64,000 nt of DNA from Lachnospiraceae bacterium HCP1S3_C2 (lineage in GTDB: Bacteria > Bacillota > Clostridia > Lachnospirales > Lachnospiraceae): assembly GCA_052066835.1 (NCBI GenBank), contig JBQHRJ010000002.1. One strand, given 5' to 3'. Positions 59,643 through 64,000 of the stretch are shown here, in pieces (position 1 is the first letter of the stretch; each line of letters opens with the position of its first letter). A program made the position numbers and the translations under genes. A model generated the notes under the pieces. It was given only the letters and a program-made list of their open reading frames with translations, did not search any database and was not told the DNA's origin.

Positions 59643-61085
59643 TTATTTTTCGTATGAACCTCTGATATCCTCTTTCGGTGGCTCTAACGGATATTTTCCG
59701 TTAAAGCATCCCGTACATATCGGAAGTCCGTTTACCATCTCGGATAGTCTGTTTATTTCAAGATAGCCGAGTGAGTCTGCTCCTATAATCTTTCTAATGT
59801 CTTCTACAGTTCTGTTATGTGCGATAAGCTGTTCTTTTGATGGAATGTCAGTTCCAAAATAGCACTCACTGATAAACGGTGGCGAACTTATCCTCACATG
59901 TACTTCTGTCGCGCCTGCCTCTTTCAACATTCCGACAATTCTGTCACTGGTAGTTCCTCTCACTATAGAATCATCAATCATTATTACTCTTTTTCCTGCA
60001 ACTGCTTCCTTTAAAACATTAAGTTTAACACGAACACTTGACTCTCTGTTACTCTGCTTTGGTTTTATAAATGTTCTTCCTACATAACCATTCTTTACAA
60101 ACGCCGTACCATATGGTATGCCTGACTCCAGTGAATATCCAAGTGCTGCCGCATTTCCTGATTCAGGTACTCCGACTACTACGTCAGCTTCTACAGGATG
60201 GTCTTTTGCAAGATATCTTCCTGCCATTATTCTTGAATGATACACTGATACTCCATCTATTATACTGTCCGGTCTTGAGAAATATATATATTCAAATATA
60301 CATCTTGCTTCCTTCTCCTTTGGCAGGCACAGACTGGTATCTGACTGTATTCCGTCTTCATTTATGGTAACTATTTCGCCCGGAAGCACATCTCTTACAA
60401 ATTCTGCTCCGATAGTATCAAGTGCACAGGTCTCTGATGCCAGTATATATGCATTATCTCTCTTTCCTATACAGAGTGGTTTAAATCCAAACGGATCCCT
60501 TGCTCCGATAAGCTTTCTCGGACTCATTACAATAAGCGAATAAGCACCTTTTATCTTCTTCATTGCATTTTTAACAGCATCTTCTACAGTAGATGTCTTT
60601 ATCCTCTCTCTGGCAATGTGGTATGCTATAACCTCAGAATCAATGGTTGTCTGAAAAATAGCTCCCGTGTACTCAAGTTCCTTTCTAAGCTCAAGTGCAT
60701 TTATCAAATTCCCATTGTGTGCAAGTCCTAATGTACCCTTAACATAGTTAAGTACCAACGGCTGTGCATTTTCTCTTGTACTGCTTCCAGCTGTAGAGTA
60801 TCTTGTGTGTCCAACACCGATGTTACCCTTTAACTTCTGAAGCTCCTCCTGTGTAAATACTTCATTTACAAGTCCCATACCCTTATGAACCGATACCTGT
60901 CCCTTTGGTCCGTTTGTATCACTGACAGCTATACCGCAGCTTTCCTGTCCTCTGTGCTGAAGTGCAAACAAACCGTAATATATGGTTGATGCTATATCAT
61001 TACCATCAAAATCATATATTCCAAAAACTCCGCATTCTTCATGCAGACTGTCCTCTAACTCTTCCTGAATATGAACTGAACCCAT
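59643..61085 (-). CDS. purF: Amidophosphoribosyltransferase
   Basis: 480 aa. N-terminal catalytic Cys (ECGVFGIY), PRTase motif (VIMIDDSIVRGTT), C-terminal Fe-S cysteines. Confidence 0.9.
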   Translation of the reverse strand: MGSVHIQEELEDSLHEECGVFGIYDFDGNDIASTIYYGLFALQHRGQESCGIAVSDTNGPKGQVSVHKGMGLVNEVFTQEELQKLKGNIGVGHTRYSTAGSSTRENAQPLVLNYVKGTLGLAHNGNLINALELRKELEYTGAIFQTTIDSEVIAYHIARERIKTSTVEDAVKNAMKKIKGAYSLIVMSPRKLIGARDPFGFKPLCIGKRDNAYILASETCALDTIGAEFVRDVLPGEIVTINEDGIQSDTSLCLPKEKEARCIFEYIYFSRPDSIIDGVSVYHSRIMAGRYLAKDHPVEADVVVGVPESGNAAALGYSLESGIPYGTAFVKNGYVGRTFIKPKQSNRESSVRVKLNVLKEAVAGKRVIMIDDSIVRGTTSDRIVGMLKEAGATEVHVRISSPPFISECYFGTDIPSKEQLIAHNRTVEDIRKIIGADSLGYLEINRLSEMVNGLPICTGCFNGKYPLEPPKEDIRGSYEK

Positions 61086-61280
61086 GTTCTAACTCCTTTG
61101 ACTAACTAGACTAATCCGGACATGCCGACCTTATATTACTTTGTGATTATAATACATCATATATGTAAAATCAAACAAAAATTATATAAGAATCGACATT
61201 TTTAATATTTTTTATTATATTCATATTTTTCTAAATAAATGTATTGATTTATACTTATATCTGTGATATCATACCGTTTA

Positions 61281-61300
61281 GGTAACTATATTTAGTTGCC
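61281..61300. promoter_or_regulatory. Palindrome upstream of padR (candidate autoregulatory operator)
   Basis: GGTAACTATATTTAGTTGCC, an imperfect inverted repeat about 40 bp upstream of the padR start. Confidence 0.3.
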
Positions 61301-61338
61301 GTTTATAAAATCTAAAGAAAGAGTCAGGTATAAAAGGT

Positions 61339-61674
61339 ATGAATACAATGGTAACGAACTTGAAAAGAGCTTCAGTTGATGTTATACTTTTAACACTTCT
61401 TACAGAAGAAGATATGTATGGATATCAGCTCGTTCAGGAAATTAAAAGAAGAAGTAATGGCGAACTTACATTACTTGAGGGCTCTATGTATACAATCCTT
61501 AATCGTTTAAAAGATAAAGGTGATGTTACATTCTACTCTATGACAGTTGGTAAGAAAATGAAACGTGTGTATTACCACATTACAGATGCAGGTAAAGAAC
61601 ATCTTGTAGAAATGAGAGCTACATACGAGAAAAATATCGCTATAATAGCTAAAATCTTAGATGGTGAAAACTAA
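61339..61674 (+). CDS. PadR-family transcriptional regulator
   Basis: 111 aa. Winged-helix LLTEEDMYGYQLVQEI...GSMYTILNRLKDKG. Confidence 0.8.
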   Translation: MNTMVTNLKRASVDVILLTLLTEEDMYGYQLVQEIKRRSNGELTLLEGSMYTILNRLKDKGDVTFYSMTVGKKMKRVYYHITDAGKEHLVEMRATYEKNIAIIAKILDGEN

Positions 61675-61683
61675 ACAAAAGAT

Positions 61684-61716
61684 AACCGATATGAATTTAT
61701 ATCATATCGGTTTTTA
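61684..61716. terminator. Bidirectional terminator
   Basis: AACCGATATGAatttataTCATATCGGTTtttatt. Confidence 0.6.
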
Positions 61717-61717
61717 T

Positions 61718-62266
61718 TTATATGTATTCTTTTGTTTTTTTCATTACATTTTCTAATATCTTTATACTTTCTAATATATCTGATGTTTCAAGCGAATGAT
61801 TTGCTTCATTATATACATGTATTGTTACATTCTGCTCTCTGCTAAGTCTTACCACTTCTTCAGTATTACTCCAGGGATCACTTGTTCCTATAAACGCTAT
61901 GGCATCCTCATGCTTAAACTGATATGTCTGCTTTAATGGCGTGTATAAAATTTGTCTGCATTTTATATTGTGTTTTTCTGCATACGCTGAAGAAATTATT
62001 GTACCAACGCTTTTTGATACAAATAAAACATCATCATACTCATCTAATTTCACTTTTACAAGCATTTTCTCTGCCTGAGCATACAGTGATTCAAATGCTT
62101 CCTGCATTTTATGTTCATCGCCGCGTATCCCCTTTCCATCATATTTGTAATCCAGATTCATACACTCAGTATATCCATTTTCTACCACAATTTTTCTACT
62201 ATAATATAACAATGGTTTATCACAATGGTAACCTATTCCTGGGAAAAATATAGCTATTTTTTTCAT
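61718..62266 (-). CDS. Putative alpha/beta-hydrolase-fold esterase (small)
   Basis: Start set at MKKIAIFFPGIGY (GGAGG RBS). GxSxG-like VSKSVGT. Confidence 0.45.
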   Translation of the reverse strand: MKKIAIFFPGIGYHCDKPLLYYSRKIVVENGYTECMNLDYKYDGKGIRGDEHKMQEAFESLYAQAEKMLVKVKLDEYDDVLFVSKSVGTIISSAYAEKHNIKCRQILYTPLKQTYQFKHEDAIAFIGTSDPWSNTEEVVRLSREQNVTIHVYNEANHSLETSDILESIKILENVMKKTKEYI

Positions 62267-62300
62267 ACTTACCTCCAATCCGCATTAATACTATAAATAT

Positions 62301-62335
62301 AAAAAGCCCAGAAGAGTGCACGCACTCTCTGGACT
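62301..62335 (-). terminator. Hairpin + U-tract immediately 5' of the hydrolase RBS (terminator or attenuator)
   Basis: Minus RNA CCAGAGAGUGCgugCACUCUUCUGGG + CUUUUUAUAUUU. The RBS and ATG follow within 25 nt. Confidence 0.5.
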
Positions 62336-62646
62336 TCATATACTTATCTAAAATCTTCTCGTAATTAACGTACAGATTATTCGATGATAGTAGCAACCTT
62401 ACCAGAACCTACTGTTCTACCACCTTCACGCTCCCGGTTTTGGCTTTGTCGCTATCTTCTACCATGTTTTTTATTGATTTTATGCTGTTTTTGGGCACTA
62501 TATACATTATGTATTTTTATTTCCCAAAATTATTGGAGCCATTTTGGAGCCATCTAGACTCTAACACATCAATCGTTATTTGTCCATCTTTTTGTCATAA
62601 CAATTCTTATGAAACTGAAAGTATCATCTGTTCGACATATTGGAAT

Positions 62647-63216
62647 TTACAGAAACTTAAGAACACCTAATATCAGCAAATGCAACGGATAAAACACATA
62701 GTAACCATATTGCAGTATCTTATTATGATATCCTTGCTTCCCTCTATACAACCATATTGGTATCAATGCTAGCAGGGCAAATCCTTGCCTTGTGATGAAT
62801 TGTGTTGTGCCGAATAGGTCTACCTCATAACCAAACCCACCAAGCAATTCAATATTGATATACCACATACACAACAACTGCCCAAGATAATGCCACCACA
62901 TTTTTCCTCTAAAAAAATAGAATGTGAGTACCATAAGAATACCAGCGTTATAATAATCTACAAAGGTAATGATTCCACCAATATAAGCAACAGCAAACAG
63001 CAATAATCGTTTCACATATTTTTTGAAGTCTTTTGTATGAAAATACCCTTCAACAATCATAAATGCATAGATTGGGAAAGTTAATCTGCCGATACAAGTC
63101 AACCAGTCATTTCCATTGATAATTGTACCCCACAAATGGTCGCACAACATAAATATCATAGCCATGATATGCAAGGAAAACGATGTTGTTTCGATTTTTA
63201 ATATATTATTCATCAA
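62647..63216 (-). CDS. TraX-family membrane protein
   Basis: 189 aa, 6 TM. N-terminal LHIMAMIFMLCDHLW resembles the TraX family signature. Confidence 0.5.
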   Translation of the reverse strand: MMNNILKIETTSFSLHIMAMIFMLCDHLWGTIINGNDWLTCIGRLTFPIYAFMIVEGYFHTKDFKKYVKRLLLFAVAYIGGIITFVDYYNAGILMVLTFYFFRGKMWWHYLGQLLCMWYINIELLGGFGYEVDLFGTTQFITRQGFALLALIPIWLYRGKQGYHNKILQYGYYVFYPLHLLILGVLKFL

Positions 63217-63234
63217 TGCTGTTCCTCCTCGTCA

Positions 63235-64000
63235 AATTCAATTTAGCTAACAGATATATATTACCATAAAAATGGAAAATCGAGTAGGAGGGAAAATTAA
63301 ATTAATTTTCCCGACCTCTCACACCACCGTGCGTACCGTTCGGTACACGGCGGTTCAATCAACTTAACAAGTAACACACCTTTCGGTGTAGTAATCTAAC
63401 ATTGAGACTAGTCCAAATTGGGTTAGTCTCTCTTTTGTTATGGCATTATGCATCGCTCCGCCATGACATACTCTGGCTATATGAGCACCATAGTAAGCCA
63501 TAGACCAAGCAAGATGTTTATTTACTCCTAGCTTTATCAAGTTCTTTGCTCTCATTTGTGGAGTTTTCCAGTGTTTCCAAATGCACATGCGTAATCTATA
63601 TCTGATGTTTCCATCAAGTTTTCTACAGAGGGTTTTCATACTTCCTATCTTGAAATAGTTAATCCACCCTCTAATAAGTTGATTAAGTTTCTCAATCTTG
63701 TAGCTATTGCTAACGCCCCAACTACGCCGAGTGAGTTCTTTCATCCGTTTCTTGAATTTTGCTACTGATTTTGCATGTGGCTTCGCCTTGTATTGGTGTC
63801 CCCTTGAATCAAAATAAAATCCAAACCCAAGGTATTTGAGCCCTTGTGGTTTATCCACTTTGCTCTTTGTCATGTTGACCTTAAGCCCTAGTTTCTCATC
63901 AATGAATCGAGAGATATTTCTCATTACTCTGTTCGCAGACATTTCGCTTCCGACCATAATGATACAATCATCCGCATACCGCACAAAATTGAGCCCTCGC
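63235..64000 (-). mobile_element. Group II intron (3' part; continues beyond window end) encoding reverse transcriptase/maturase
   Basis: ORF 63364-64000 (-) has RT block YADD, the thumb/X maturase domain, and a C-terminal Cys cluster. Just downstream there is a domain V-like bulged hairpin (CCGUGUACC-GAAC-GGUACGCACGG) and a second hairpin (GGGAAAAUUAauUUAAUUUUCCC). The ORF is open to the window edge. Confidence 0.7.

Noticed and set aside
62340-62646. T-box leader upstream of the hydrolase gene
   Set aside because: Only a partial GGUGGUA match to the T-box AGGGUGGNACCGCG. No specifier/antiterminator architecture. Kept only as a generic candidate leader.
62440-62670. 76-aa + ORF in the traX-hydrolase intergenic region
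   Set aside because: No RBS; hydrophobic low-complexity; it overlaps the terminator and the 3' end of traX on the opposite strand.

Overview
This is a low-GC (about 37%) Firmicutes chromosomal window. The gene order thl-crt-hbd-bcd-etfB-etfA plus a But-type CoA-transferase suggests a butyrate-producing Lachnospiraceae, possibly Butyrivibrio- or Roseburia-like; that placement is inference only. Most of the window is core metabolism and housekeeping. It holds a truncated sensor GGDEF gene, tRNA-Gly, gltBD, sigA, a purF-purB-purA-deoC' cluster, pcrA, rlmD, hslO, csp, pspA with an SPFH protein, and coaD. It also holds the complete butyryl-CoA operon with an [FeFe]-hydrogenase just downstream, and an unlinked butyryl-CoA:acetate CoA-transferase.

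The accessory-looking part is at about 13.4-23.6 kb. Five paralogous, individually terminated genes encode secreted proteins. These combine a CBM25/26-like module, a ~130-aa Trp/Cys-containing domain I do not recognise (three tandem copies in one protein), K-rich FN3/Big_2 tails, and non-LPXTG sorting-signal-like C-termini with the motif [S/T]x[K/N]TG. The cluster sits next to a membrane-protein and GH13 lipoprotein amylase operon. I read this as a candidate starch-capture cell-surface apparatus that has not been described.

Other points worth a second look:
- A three-copy intergenic palindromic or structured repeat family, with compensatory base changes in its stems.
- An AgrC-like kinase next to a divergent Spo0A_C-type response regulator.
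- A deoC allele with an in-frame deletion of the Schiff-base lysine region.
- A group II intron partly inside the window.
- A long terminator-capped leader upstream of a hydrolase gene.
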